Below are positions 22,828 through 36,000 of a stretch of DNA of 64,000 bases, piece by piece; position 1 is the stretch's first letter; every line of letters begins with the position of its first letter. The stretch comes from Cyanophora paradoxa CCMP329 (lineage: Eukaryota; Plantae; Glaucophyta). The DNA is taken from NCBI GenBank assembly GCA_004431415.1, contig QPMI01000588.1, positions 1 through 64,000 of the forward strand, given 5' to 3'. Position numbers and translations under genes: made by a program. A model generated the notes under the pieces. That model was not told where the DNA came from. It worked only from the letters and a program-made list of their open reading frames with translations, and searched no databases.

Positions 22828-25800
22828 TCAGTCGCTGCCGAAGAGGCCGCCGATCTTGTCGAAGAGGCCGGAGGCGGCCTCCTTGGCGTCGGCGCCGGCC
22901 TCGGCGACGGCCTCCTTGGCCTTGCCGAGGCCCTCCTTGGCCTCGTCCGTCAGCCCGTGGTCGCTCAGGAACGTCGAGTCCCGCCGCAGCACGCCCCGCG
23001 TCGACCGGTTCGTCAGCGCCAGCAGCGCCGCCCCCGCCGCCCCCGCCCCCAGCGCCGCCCCCGCCGCCACCCCCACCCCGACCGCCCCCGCCCCGCTCCC
23101 CTTGCGGCCGCCGACCGCCTGCTGGCCCCCGTCCGGCGCCGCCGCCGCCACGGGGACCACAGCCGGGAGAACCTGCCGCGATGGTAGTTGGAATTGGCTT
23201 AAGAGAAGAATCCAAAAATCTCTTAAGCGTCCAGCTGGCCGAAAGCTTAAACTTCCTGCCCACCTGGACGACGCCCTCGAGGACATCCTCCTTGACCTCC
23301 TCCTTCATCCGCTCCTTCTCCTCCCGCTCCTTCGCCCGGAACTGCCGCTGGTACGTCCGCGCCTCCCGCGTCACCCGCTGCCACAGCGTCACGATCGTCA
23401 GGCCCAGGCCCAGGATGCCCGCCGCCGCCCCGATGCCTGCAGATGTTCGTCAGCGTCAAGCTCGCTTCGCGAGCGGCCGGGCGGGGTGGGCGCGGGCGCG
23501 GGCACCGTTGAGGAAGTCCTGGATGGTGTAGACGTAGATTTGGACGACGGGCTTCGCGTTCTTCTCGAACTCGATCCGGTGCCGCACGATCCCGATGTTC
23601 CGCCGGAAGTAGTCTGCCCGCGCGCGAGGCCGCCCCTCAGCCGCCGGCCGCTGTGCAGCTGCAGGGCGAGGGGAAGGGGGAGGGAGGGGCACCGAGCTTC
23701 TGGCGGGAGACCGTCTGCGAGACGACGCTGCGGGGGTGCGGGGCGTGAGGGCGGGAGGAGGAGGCCGAGGCGGGGCGGGGGCTGCCGCGGCGCCGGCGCA
23801 CCGGACCTCCCAGGAGGAGAGGAGGCGGGAGCCGATGAGCGGCTGGCTGTACACCTGCGCGGGGCGTGAGGGGCCGGCAGCAGGGGGGCCGATCGCGAAG
23901 CAACCTCCGCTCACCGGGTACACCTCGATCTTGGCGGTGAGCACGACGGCGTACCCCGGCTGCAGCACGACGGACTGGGCGCGCGTGTCGCCCTGCACGC
24001 GCCGCGGGTCAGAGGGGCGCGGGCCGGCGCCCCGGGACGGCGGGGGCGGGGGCGGGCCTCGATGTCGTCGAGCTGCCAGGTGAGCCTGAGCTCCTGGAGC
24101 TGGCGGGCGAGGAGCTGCTTGACCGCCTCACGGTCCCGCGGGTAGCCGACGGGCTGGCACGCGAGCACGTCCTCCAGCGCCGCGTCGCTGACGCGCAGCC
24201 GCACGCCCGTGTACAGGTACGGCAGGTTCGCCGGGATCTCGTCCCCCAGCGTCCCGTTCCCCGTCCCCTGGAAGATCGCCTGCCCGTAGAAGATGTACGT
24301 CCGGTCGTCGAACCCCAGGTCCTCCGTCCCCTGCCAGCCACGGGCCGATGGTTAGCCTTGCTGGTTGCATTCGCGTGTGCGATTTTGGGCGCACGACTTG
24401 GTTCTCGGCGAAGAGGTCCTCGGCGAGCTTGACCTTCTCGTCCTGCGTGAAAAAGAACTGGTGCGCCGTGTCGATCACGTAGAACGGGTCCCGCGCTGAG
24501 CCGAGCCCGTCACGCGGCGTCGGAGCAGGGGTTGTATGGCGGGGCCGCACCCTGGACCTCGGGGGGCGTAGCGGGGGACTGGATCCACTTGTTGTTGACG
24601 GGGAGGGTCTGCTGCCAGCGGAAGCGGCGCGTGACGGGCATCTCGCGGATGCACTTGATGTTGAAGCTGTTCTTCGGCAGCTCCCGCACGGGCACGCAGC
24701 CCGTCGCGTCCGGCGTCTCCCAGCTGCAGCCCCCGATCGACGTCTGCCGCTTCTCCTCCGGCCGCCACTGGCTCCACCCGTACGCGTCGAAGATCTGGCG
24801 CGAGCCGCGTCAACGACGTCGACTGTGCAAAGAGAGGCACGACCGGCGCACGGGCTCGTTCTTGGGAGCAGACTTGAGGTTGGTGGGGCAGAGGTCGATG
24901 GTGGGCGTCCCGGCGGGCGAGGTGAGGGACGGGGTCGTCACGTTGGGGAAGGGCCGCCGGTCGGGCACGATGAAGAGGGAGACGTCGACCTCGAGCGTCT
25001 CCGGCGCGTCCGTCGCGTCCCCGAACTTCGGCTTGTTCCGCTCCGCTGCGCGCGAGAAATGAAACCGTCGAAAGAAGAGCGCTGGGGAGATCTAGGCGGG
25101 GGCGCGGACAGGGGAGGTAGTCGTCGATGGGGAGGGAGACGATGACGGGGGCCTGCGTGTAGATCCAGAACTCGCCGTCCTCGTCGTCCCCGAGCCAGCT
25201 CTCGCAGATCGACGTCATGTCGAACGCCGTGTCCGCCTCCGACCGCCGGTCGTGCCGCTGCGCGGGGCCCAGGCCAGTTGGATGCGGCTCGTGGTGCCGG
25301 CACCGAAGTTTATCGGGCGCACCACCTGGAGCGGCATGTCGAGGTCGAGCTTCACCTCCAGCGCGGGACCGAAGAACATCGCTGGGGGCCGGTTCAGGGC
25401 GGAGCAAACACGGATAGGGAGCAGAACTCGTACATGTGTTGGTGGGCCGCGCGGCGACGCACTTCTTGCCGCGAGTGCCGGCGGGGCAGCCGGCCTGCGT
25501 CGACGCGTTCTCGTCAAAGCAGCAGTAGGGCGTCTCCTTCGGGCAGTTCGTGTTGCGCCCGGTGTACTCCCACGCGGCTGGGCTCGGGAAGCCGCAGTCC
25601 GGGTCGTACCTGCATTTTGAATGCGCGTCAAGTACAGATGAACGTGCGCAAACATCTCATGGCCGGCCGGCGCACATGCCGCAGTTGCAGTCGCAGATGC
25701 CGTCGTTGGCGGCGTAGTCGTACGGGTCGCAGGTCCAGCCGGGCGTCAGCACCGTCCAGTTCTTGATGTTCCGGATCTCAATGTCCTCCGCCGCCAGGCC

Positions 25801-28800
25801 GCGGATCACGAGCGGGAAGCGGTCCTTCGGACGGCACGTCGGCGCCGGGATCGCCGCCGTGAACTGCGGTGCCCGTCAACGCCGCTGCAGTGAGTTCGAG
25901 ATACAATTGTTTGATTCGCACGTCGAAGTGGGTGGTGTAGATGGCTGTGTCACCAGGCTCCGCGGCGCGCGTGAGGCGCACGATGTTGCCCTGCAGACGA
26001 TTTCACACAAGTGCGCGGCTGGACGAGGCCGGGCGCACCTTGGTTGTCGGAGGGTCCTCGGAGAGGTAGAGGATCTGGAAGCCGAGTAGGGTGCCGTTGG
26101 TGGCGCCGCTGACGCCGAGCTCCTCGCCGTCGGTGCTGGCCTTGTAGGGCCCCTTGCGCGGGAACTGCACGCGGTTCTCCAGCGGCACGCCGTCCACCAC
26201 GACCGTATCGTTGAAGAACGGCTCCACAATCACGTCCTCGCTTTAATTCGCCAAGATTATTTCGGGCGTCGACGTTAGACGCGGGAGACCCGAATTTCCA
26301 ACGAGCGCGCGGCGGGCGCACTGGCGGGGGTCGATGGCGGAGAGGAGGCGGCCGAATCCGCCGAGGGTGATGTCCTCGATGGCCGAGATGAGCGCCAGCG
26401 GCGTCGCGTGCCGCACGTGCAGCACCTGCCCGCCCCGCGCGTGAGCGGCGCCGGCGGCGGCACGGCGCGGCGTCGGCGCCGCGGCGCGCCTGGCGGAGCT
26501 TGACGTCGGGGTACGCGTGGAGGACCTCCAGCGGCTGCTCGGGGCCCGCGTCTGGCCACACGAGGATGGGGTACGGGAAGCCGACCGCCGCTGCGGCGCG
26601 CGCGCGCACGGGTGAGTAGCGACATTGATGTGCAGGCGACGGATCGAGTTGGGGGCGCACGCTCGAGGGGGAAGGGGAAGCCGCGCAGGTTGTTGATGGT
26701 GATGTTCGCCTCGACGTACCCCGTGGCCGGGTTCAGCTTCCAGATGTTGCGCGCGTTCCACGACATGTCTGACGCGAAGATGGTTAGGCGCGCGAGGCGC
26801 GGGAGGGGACGGGAGCTCCTCGCACCCAGGCGGGCCTCGGGGAGCGCGTTGCACACGAACTGAGATGCCGATTTAGCAAAGAGGCGGTCGGTGGTGTGTC
26901 GATCGCGACAGGCGGGCGCACCTCGTTCTTCTCGTTGAGCTTTGGGTCGCCCTCGTAGAGGGGGTCGGACGTGCACGGGACGCACTGCCGCTTCGTGATG
27001 TTGTTGAACTTCTCCTCCGTCCCGATGAAGCCGATGATGGTCGGCTCGCCCGGCAGCACGAGCCGCTCGCACGGCTGCGAGAGGCGCATGTAGGTCATGT
27101 TGAAGGTGTTCGGGTCGACGTTGAAGCCCGGCGTGTCGAGGCTCTGCGTGCAGTCGCCGTCGACCGAGCACCACTGGTTGTCGCGGCAGTTGAGGATCTT
27201 CGTGTTGAAGTCGCAGCAGTCCGGGTCGAACGCCCCGCAGTTGCAGTCGCAGCCCTGCGCGCGCCCGGCGTCAGAGGCAACGAGGTCGACCACGCAGATG
27301 AAGACGAACGCACGTCGTCGTTCCAGTACTTGGAGTCCTCGCAGACCCACTCCTCTGGGGCCGAGTCCTGCGTCTCCCAGATCTGCGGCCCGGGCCGGCG
27401 TCAGCTGTTGCGTTGCGCGTGCAGGGCGGGCCGGGGGCGGGGCGGACGCGGAGGTACTCGGCGAAGTAGGCGCAGGTCTTCGCCTGCGGCAGCGGCATGT
27501 GGTTGTACGGCGTCTCCCTCTCGATCGTTAGCACCTGCCCCGGGCCCCGGCGGCGCGCTTCTGAGATACGAAAATCTGAAAATCGTCGCCTAGACCTCAC
27601 CTGGCGGCCCTGCGCGTCGGTGCTCATCGCGGTCACCTTGACCTTCTCGTCGTCCACGAAGGAGACGACCTGGATGTAGAACGGCAGCTGCGAACCCGTC
27701 GACGTCTGAGCCATGCCAAATGCAGCGCTAATGCAACGCGGGGCGGACGGGGAAGTTGTAGGTGGCCTCGCCGGGGAGGAGGACGATCTGCTTGGCCCTG
27801 TCGTCGATGGCGAGGGCCTTGGCGTAGAGCGCGAGGTCGTAGTCGTCGCACGACTCCGTCACCGCCGTCAGGTTCATGTTCGTCACGTACCTAAGTACAA
27901 ATGTGGGAAGCTATAAAAATAAGTTATAGAATGCAAGGCGGACGAGATGGAGAGCTCGTAGTTAAGAAAGTCCTCGAGGTGAACGCGGCCGTCGGGCCTG
28001 GGCGGCTCGGGGCGCGCGTCGGCGATCTTCGTGATGTCGATCGCCTGCGGGCCCCACGCCGTCGACGCCACGAACTCCTCCATGACGTGCTGGTCGAGCC
28101 GCGTGTGCAGGTAGACGACGTTCTTCTCGCTCGGCGCGAACGTCGTCCCCTCGCGCTTCGGGTCGAACTCGAAGTTGGAGGGGTCCAGGAACGTCCCGTC
28201 CGACGTCACCAGCGACGGGAACCACTTCGCGTCGTGGTACGCCCGCTGCGCGAGGCGCGGCGTCGGCTGGCGGGCCGGGGCCGGCGGGGCGGGGGCGGGG
28301 GCGGGCGGGGGGCACCTCCTCGAGGGCGTCGGCGCCCTTGATGCCGGCGTCCTCGTCGAAGCGCGCCAGCGTCAGGTACACCCCCTTGTTCTGCCCCCGC
28401 CCCCTCAGCCGCGCCGGGCGGAGGCCTAGGGCGGGGCGGGGCGGGGCGGGGCGGGGCGGGGAGGGGGCGCACGTAGAGGGCGACCTGGAGCATGCAGGGG
28501 AGGAGGTACTCGATCTCGGCGGAGCGGAAGCGGACGAAGAGGTGGGCGCTGTGGTTGAAGAAGCCGGGGGCCTCCTGGAAGGCGCCGCCGGTCTTGTAGA
28601 CGGCCTTGATCGTCTCGTCGAAGGCGTGCAGCGCCTCCGAGGCGACCTGGTCCTCCACGTTCTCCGCCACCGGGGTGTTGTCTGCCCGCCCCGCCCCGGC
28701 CCGGCCCGGGCCCCGTCAGCCTCGCCCCGGCTCTAGATCCCGCCTCGGACGCTGCGCCGCACCGGACTCGACGAACTGGAACTCCTCCTCGAAGGAGTCC

Positions 28801-30688
28801 ATGGGGACCTGCGCCGTGATCGCGAAGGCCGACGCGATCGGCACCGACGCGTTCGTGCTCTGCCACGTCGGGTTATACCCCTGCGCCGGCGTCAGCGGAG
28901 AGGCGGCCGCGGGCCGGGGCGCGGGGCGGGCGGCGCGCCGTGAGGTCGACGACGTCGATGCGCTGCAGGGAGGGTGCGTCCTTCTCAAAGAAGTCCAGCC
29001 GCAGCTGCGCGCAGGGGCCGCCGGCCCGAGTCAGCAGCGGCGCCCCGCGAAGGGGGCGGGAGGGAGGAGGGAATGGGGGGTAGAAGGTGGGTGGGGGAGG
29101 AAAGGGAGGGGGGGTGAGTGGGAGGTCAGAGGGGAGCAGGTCAAGGGGGTATAGAGACTGGGGAGGGAAGGGATGAAAGAAAAGGGGAGGTGGCTCGGGG
29201 GAGGGGGGGGGGGGGAGGGGCTCGAGGGCGGGGGAGGGCTAAGCGGGGTAGAAAGGAGGGAGGAGAAATTAAAGTGGGGTGGGTGGGGGAGGGGGGAAGG
29301 GGAAGAGGAAAAGAAGGGCAGTTCGGGAGGTGGGAGGGGAGGGGAGCAGGGGGTGTTGGCCGGGGTCCTAGGAAGAAGGGGGGCGAGAGCAGAGGGAGAC
29401 GGGGGGAAAGGGGAGGGGGGGGGGGGCGGAAAGAGGGGTCAGGGGGTGGGAAGGGAAGGGTGATGGGAGGAATTGAGGCCGAAGGGATAGACGCAGGAAA
29501 GGAGGGGGGAGGGGGGGAGGGGGCGTGGCACGGAGCCGGGGCGCGCGCACGTCGAGCTCGAGGGCGAGGGAGGGGACGTCCATGGGGAGGCCCGGGGCGC
29601 GCACGCCGGGGCCCGCCCCGAAGCACCCCGCCTCCAGCGAGAACCCGTCCCCTGCCCATCCCCCCCGCCCCGTCGGGCGCGGCGGCGGGGGAAGGGGGGG
29701 GAGGGGGGAGGGGAGGAGGGGGGGGGGCGGGGATCGGCCGCGGACCGCGGGTGACGACCTGCTGGAAGGAGAAGAGCTTGGTGGCGTTCCAGACGATGAG
29801 GGCGACGAAGGCCGCCCGCACGAGGAACGCCGTGAAGCTCCCGCACGCCGTCCGCGGGCCCTTCCGCGCGTCGTACCCCTCCCGCACCTGGTCCCCGTAC
29901 GGGTCCAGCCGCTTCAGCACCCGCTGCAGCCGCGTCGGCTTCACCGCCGCCGCCCGCTTCTCCTCCGCCGCGCCGGCAGCGGCGCCCTTGCCGGCCTCGG
30001 CCTCCAGCTTTTCGTCGACATTGGCGGCGGCCGGCGGCGGCGCCGGCGGCTGCGGGAAGACGCGCGCGGGGGCGCCCTTGCTCGCCGACTGCGGCCGCGA
30101 GGCGGGGCGCTCCTTCGAGGGCGGGTCGGCCCCTCCTGCGCCGCCGTCAGCAGCCGCCGCCGCCCGCGGGGGAGCACTCCGTTTGAGCACGGGCACAAGC
30201 GCGCACCGGCGCCGTTGCTGGGGGCGGCGGGCGCGGGGCCGCTCGCGGGCTTGGCGGGCGGCTCGACGTCCACGACGACCCGGGGCCCGGGGAGGACGGG
30301 GCCGGACTGCCCGGGCACGCTCGGGAGCACCGGCAGCGGCGGCGAGCCCGCCCCGCTCTCCCGCAGCGCCGCCGGCGGAGTCGGCGCGGGGGCAGCGCCG
30401 GCGGGGCGGTGCGCCGCCGGCAGCGGCGGCGGTGCCAGCGCCGGCGGCAGGGGCGGCGCCGTTGGGGAGAAGGGTGACGGGGGCGGCGGCGTTGGGCCGC
30501 GGGGGCTCGTGCGCGTCAGCGCGGGAGGCGCCGCTCGCCGGCGGCGACTCGATGAAGCCGGGCGGGGCGCCGAAGAGCACCGCCGGCCCGGGCGCGGCGG
30601 GGCCCACCGAGGGCGGCTCCGGCGTTGAGCCCGACTCGGCAGCGACGTAAGCGGGGGCCCGCAGGCCCAGCGGCTGATGGCCCGACAT
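22828..30688 (-). CDS. Large uncharacterised membrane protein: two TM helices flanking a long Cys-rich ectodomain (many exons)
   Basis: Pro/Ala-rich N-terminus from ATG 30688. TM1 TACGSFTAFLVRAAFVALIVW (~29850-29785). Coding-biased exons linked by G(T/C)..AG introns, two W.C...Y..DG.CDCNCG..DPDC motifs. TM2 YTIQDFLNG|IGAAAGILGLGLTIVTLW (~23530-23380). Stop at 22828. Confidence 0.75.
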
Positions 30689-31513
30689 CGCGGCCGCGTG
30701 GCGGTTGTTCGGAGGCCGGCGCGCCGATTCGCCCCGCCGATAGCCGAGCGGCCCGCCGATGATCTAATGCGCGCGAACTATGGAGGGAACTCTCTGCAGC
30801 TACGCCCTTGTGCGCAGGCTATCTCGGGCGGCTTGCGGCCAGCGGCGCGGCGGCGAGCTCCGAGTCACAGGCTAGGCTTTTAATCGCGCCGGCCGCGGGC
30901 GCCTCAGCTACAGATGGCGCAGCCGGGCGGGCAGGTGCTTGCGAGAACTTGCGACGCGCTTCCGCCGGCAGGCCTTCTCGCTCGCGCTCCTGCGCGCTTC
31001 GCCGTCTGCCCCCCCACTCTACCAAGCGGTGCAAAAAAACGATGCTGCGAACTAGCCCGGCCAAATTCGGAGACGGGGGGAAGTGAAGAAGACGGGTACC
31101 GGTGCAGCGATTGCTTGCAGTGGGTACCGGTAAGTTCGCTGCGCATGCGCATGCATGCGCGTGCGCATGCGCGTGCGCCGTCTTATATATAACGGTCGAC
31201 GTCGCCGGTAGTAGTAGGGCCGGTACCCGTCGGTACCACTCGGTAGTACCCGGAACCGTCATCTAAATCATTATACTAGCAGTAATCGAGTAATCGAGTT
31301 AAATGGCGGAGATGGGGCTACCCCTACGAATTCTCGGCCTTAGCAGGCGGGACATATTTTGTTTTGGTGAATTACCGGCCACAGCCTCTAGTCTACTCCA
31401 GCACTGTGGGGGCGTATACAGGCAAGGTGGGGCATGATCGATCGGAATTATGTGGAAGTTCAGTGGAACGGGCAATATTTAGTAGATCGCCCAAAAACTT
31501 TTAGTACTATAAA

Positions 31514-31688
31514 TTTTTTTTTTAAAGATCTACGGTGGGCGTGCCCACTCGTAGTACACAACGAGGATACAAGTCACGGTATCGGGAATCACAGGGATTC
31601 GAAGTACAACGTAGCGGAAACAGCAGGAACCGAACCCGGGAATCCGGGAGGTCGTAGCACGACCTTATACCACTGCGCTAAAGCGCGG
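31514..31688 (-). mobile_element. tRNA-derived SINE
   Basis: Minus strand: A box TAGCGCAGTGG (31680-31670), B-box-like GGTTCGGTTCC (31636-31626), 3' stem-loop, A10 tail (31523-31514). 10-bp TSD GTACTATAAA at 31504-31513 and 31689-31698. Confidence 0.85.
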
Positions 31689-31891
31689 GTACTATAAATA
31701 TGCAGCCCACTAAATATTTCTAGTTCTACAGTATTGAACTTCGGAACTCAGGGAGGGTCCTAGGCTCCGGCCTAGCCTCCTAGCTATAGGGTCCCCAGTG
31801 ACTCCCCACTGACTCCCCAGTGACTCCCCACTACTAGGGCCAGTGACTCCCCAGTGAGTCCCCACTGACGTCGACTCCCCGGCCCAGGCTA

Positions 31892-32142
31892 CCGTATAAC
31901 ACTTATATATGACGCGCACTTTATTATGTCATCCCCAAATTATGTCGCCGAAATTTTGCTATAACGACATAATTTGGAAGCGCCATAATTCCTGGGCGCC
32001 ATACAAAATTACTGCGCCCCATACAAACCTCGAATTTCATTATTTTCATAGCGACATAATTTGGGAGCGTCTTATTTCACGCAAGGGAGTCCAGGTTTTA
32101 TAAACGACATCACAGATGCCGTCATATTTAAGTGTTACACGG
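31892..32142. mobile_element. MITE family B (CCGT termini, TA TSD; Tc1/mariner superfamily-like)
   Basis: Left TIR CCGTATAACACTTATATATGACG vs reverse complement of right end CCGTGTAACACTTAAATATGACG (2 mismatches). TA on both flanks. Internal CGACATAATTTGG subrepeats. Confidence 0.85.
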
Positions 32143-32590
32143 TAGGCCCTATACTAGCTAGGGGCCTAGGGCCGCCGGGGCCTATATCAGGCTATATGCC
32201 ATAGCCTATTGGGACCTAGACGACTCCTAGGAACGCTCTGCAGTTGGAGGTGGCCGCGCGGTCGGCTCCCGCGGACCCCGCGCGCCCCTGGGGCCTGGGC
32301 CCGCGGGCTACCGGTAGGCTGGCGGTAGCTGCGGGCATGCGGCGGGCGACGCCGCGGCGACCGCCGCGCGCCGGGCCGCCGGGCGGGCCGGGGCGGCGCC
32401 GCGGCGGGCGGCCCGGCGGCGGGCCCGGCCCCGGCGGCCCGGCCCCGGGCCCCGGCGCCGGCGCGGCGCCGGCGGCGGCGGCGCCCCGGGCCCGGGCCGG
32501 GCCGGGCCCCGGCCCCGGCCGCCGGCCGGGCGGCCGGCCCCCGAGCCGGATTATGCTTTGTGATTTATAATTAGGAAACCCGCTTAGCTA

Positions 32591-32810
32591 CGTAGGACGG
32601 CTTAAATTGCCGTAGTTTTAAATTGCCGTAAATTGCCGAGAGGCCGGATTCGGCAATTTAGCAACACGGCAATTGTTTGCGGGGTAGGTATTTTCCTAGC
32701 CCGCCATAGAGCAGAATCTGGATTCGGCAATTTATCACGACGGCAATTCCGGTTTTGGTCGAATTCGGCAATTTTACACCACGGCAATTTAAGCCGTACG
32801 CGTCCTACAG
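32591..32810. mobile_element. MITE family A, copy 2 (inverted relative to copy 1)
   Basis: Reverse-complement similarity to 2343-2553 along its length. The right TIR is interrupted by a 6-nt insertion. Confidence 0.82.
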
Positions 32811-33030
32811 TACTAGTATATGTGTACCGGTAGGCTCGCGGTAGCTAGACTCTGAGCGCGCTCCAGCTTACTGCTAGACTGTGCTAGTAGGCTGCGCTAA
32901 GCATCGAGATTCGAGATCTAGATCCCGCTTGCCGCCGCCGAGCGCAGATCGGCGACCGTCGGACACGGCGTTTTTTAGTACTGCGCACGTGCACGTCCCG
33001 AGATCTCGTGCACCGCATACGTACGCGTAG

Positions 33031-36000
33031 CACAGCCGCGCCCGCAGCAGCAGAAGGAAGAATCCAGCAGGTTGCGGCCACAGCTGCGGCGGGTTGCGAT
33101 CGTGCATTGCAATCGCTGAGTCAGCTATAGCTAGTGTTACCAGAGAGCTCGAGCTCGGATCTGTAGCGCTTCGAACTCGAAATGGGCCAGAAGCCAGCGA
33201 AAACCATCATTGTTGGAGGAGTTACCGTTGCAAAGGGTTCGTATGCCAGTGTGTGATCGCACATTATACATCTCGACGATATCGATATCGATTCATTTGT
33301 TTTTGGTGAATTACCGGCCACAGTCTCTAGACACTAGCATATCGATTCATATGCACGAAGATACTTTCTAGGCATATATATAATGTGTGGATATCGATAT
33401 TGTTGATTTTCGGTGCCCGCAGGCGACTACACCAAGGCGTGCTTCACGGTATGTCGTGGGCCTTCGAATTCCGCAGCATTAGCTCCAAAAAATATGTGCG
33501 CGATGCCACATGAAGTTTCTGATGATTTGGCGCAGGGGCCGGACTGCACTGGAAACAAAGTTTTCGCGACGAATGGCGTCGGGGACGATTTCTGGAAAGC
33601 GTGAGTGACAATAGTATGAATTTCTGGAAAGCATGACAGCAGCCTGGCCATGTCACAGTGTGCCGCTCTAGATCTAGTGCTTGCTGCGAGATACGGAATC
33701 CAACTCATTTTGATAAACGGCTCGAGTCCATCCACTGGGCCATGTGATAAAATATTCTTGGAATCCCATAGATCACAAGTTGCAAGCTCACATTGCCCTT
33801 TAATTTTTTGCGCTACAGCCGCTTCACTTGAGTAATAATTGGACAATCGCTCGTGCTAGGATCTCTTCGAATTCTTAAAGCTTTCTGTTCGCCGCAACTG
33901 AAAATGGCTCTCGCTCTGCGCCGAAAGATGCCAGCGCAACGGTCACGGCTCCCTTGCTCTTCAAGCTACGTGGCACGACAATGAAAAGGCCTACTGCTAC
34001 AACGTGAGCAGCTCTGGAGAAGCCGAGACGAATAACCTGTGAGCCGCGCGATTTCGCCGCATAGATTCAATGCCCGCGCGATACCCTTTGAGGCTGAGGC
34101 TGAGAGGGGTATCGGCGGGGGTGGGGGTCGCTGATGCAGAGTGCTTTGGGATTCCATCCTCGGCGGGGTCGCGATCGAGAGGGGTGCGCGGCAAACATCG
34201 CTGTGCTGTTTCGACTGAAAGCTGCCCTCGCGCGCCACGCAACCCGCAAGAGCTTATGTTGATTATCGTGTCTTCGCCCGCAGGCACCAGCACAAAGGCC
34301 TGCTTCACGGTGTGTCTCGAATTCGTTTGGACTTCGATTCTCCGATCCTCGCTATTGGATCTTAGATTCTCGCAATATTTTAATTTGGATTGCAATTCGC
34401 AGGGGCCGGACTGCACTGGAAGCAAAGAACTTGCGACAGATGGCGTGGGCAGGGATTTCTGGAAAGCGTGAGTGACCGATATCGTAACTTCGGGCGATTT
34501 AGATTAACTTAAGCTAGAGCTGCAGCTGGGTCACTCTGGCTGGAAGCCCCTTTAAAATTGTTTTTAGAAGGTCACCCGGTCGATATGAGAGCCTTATAAC
34601 GCCACAAATCACAAAATTCGCCCTATATAGCTAGGCGTACATCTAGATATCTGACATTCTCATGCTATTGTTCTAATCATATGCATGCTCGAATGTGCTC
34701 TCGCGATCGAGCTCCTGTCTGTTCGGCTGACTGTGCTTGTCGCTGGGGGCCGCACAGATGCCAAGCTTTCGGTCATCAGTCCGTGGCTGTGCAGGACACG
34801 TCGAGCGGCGGCAACAGCGCAAAAGCGAAGTGCTACAACATTATTGCGTCCGACGACAGCGCTGCAGCTGGCAATGCAGAGGTCGACGCTAATCGAACGT
34901 GAGGAGCCAAAAATGCATTTGAATCGAAACCCGTGAGCAACATCTGGGGTTCAAATCGTTAACCGCGCAGCGTGCGCTGGGAATCCATGGTCGGCTGGGT
35001 CGAGCTCGAGAGGGGTGCGTACGCGTGTGACGCACGTACGCCGTCGCAAGTGTCGTCCGCAAAACTGCACGGGTCCGTGTGACAAATCTTAACCTTGGGA
35101 CCGCAGGAAATGACACCATGGCTTGCTTCACGGTGCCTGTAGTTTCTCCCCATATGGGCATGAAGGGCTCAATTTCAAGCTAATCTAGCCCTGTTCCACC
35201 CAAACAGGGGCCTGAATGCACTGGAAGCAAGATGCTTGCCACTGAATTGGTCGGAAACGATTTTTGGAAAGCGTGAGTAACAACGTCAGCTGTAGCCTGC
35301 ATGCATATAAGGTTGTCATGCTGTTTACAAGTTTTATTTCGTCTTCTTGTTCGAAACGTTTCTTTCGTCTTCCCGCTAACTGCAGCTGTCCAGATCTAGA
35401 ATATAAATTATAGGTTTATAAGGCAGATTGAAAGAAGCTGGTGTCAGCGTTGAGATTTTCAGCTTGAAGTTGACTCTAGATCTTGCAATTGCTTGCATTT
35501 ACAGCTTGAGGCTTCAATCTCTTATTACAATTCTTCCTCTCGAGCTCCGCGGCGTGATCGCTTTGATGGAGCTGCGGATTGGATTTAACTAAGTGTCGCC
35601 GCGATCGCGCAGATGCCAAGCCCAAGGGTACATGTCAATGGCCGTGCAGCAGACGTGGGGCGGAGGCGACAGCGCAAAAGCAATGTGCTATAGCGTAACA
35701 AGCTCCGGCAGGGTCGACGCCAACAAAACGTGCGCTTTCAAAGTCTGCTATTTCATGATCATCTAGCACATCGTATTTTGCATGTACCTTTCGAATACAA
35801 ATTCGAGTGGACATGCTTGCAAGCTGTTAGTTGATTTCAAATTTGCTCGAAGCTGATCACGAGGCTGCAATCGCAATCTCTGCAGCGTGCCCTGGGATTT
35901 TATTGTAGGAGGGGTCGAGATCGACAGAGGTGCGCGCGCCATGCCCTTCTGATGGCGCCCTACCCAAAAGCATTCACTTCACAAATTCTTTATATAATTA

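Noticed and set aside
29050-29530. Long irregular G/A (and elsewhere C/T: 21190-21420, 51890-52130, 48500-48560) tracts as special elements
   Set aside because: Intronic or intergenic low-complexity tracts, likely with poor consensus accuracy; no definable unit
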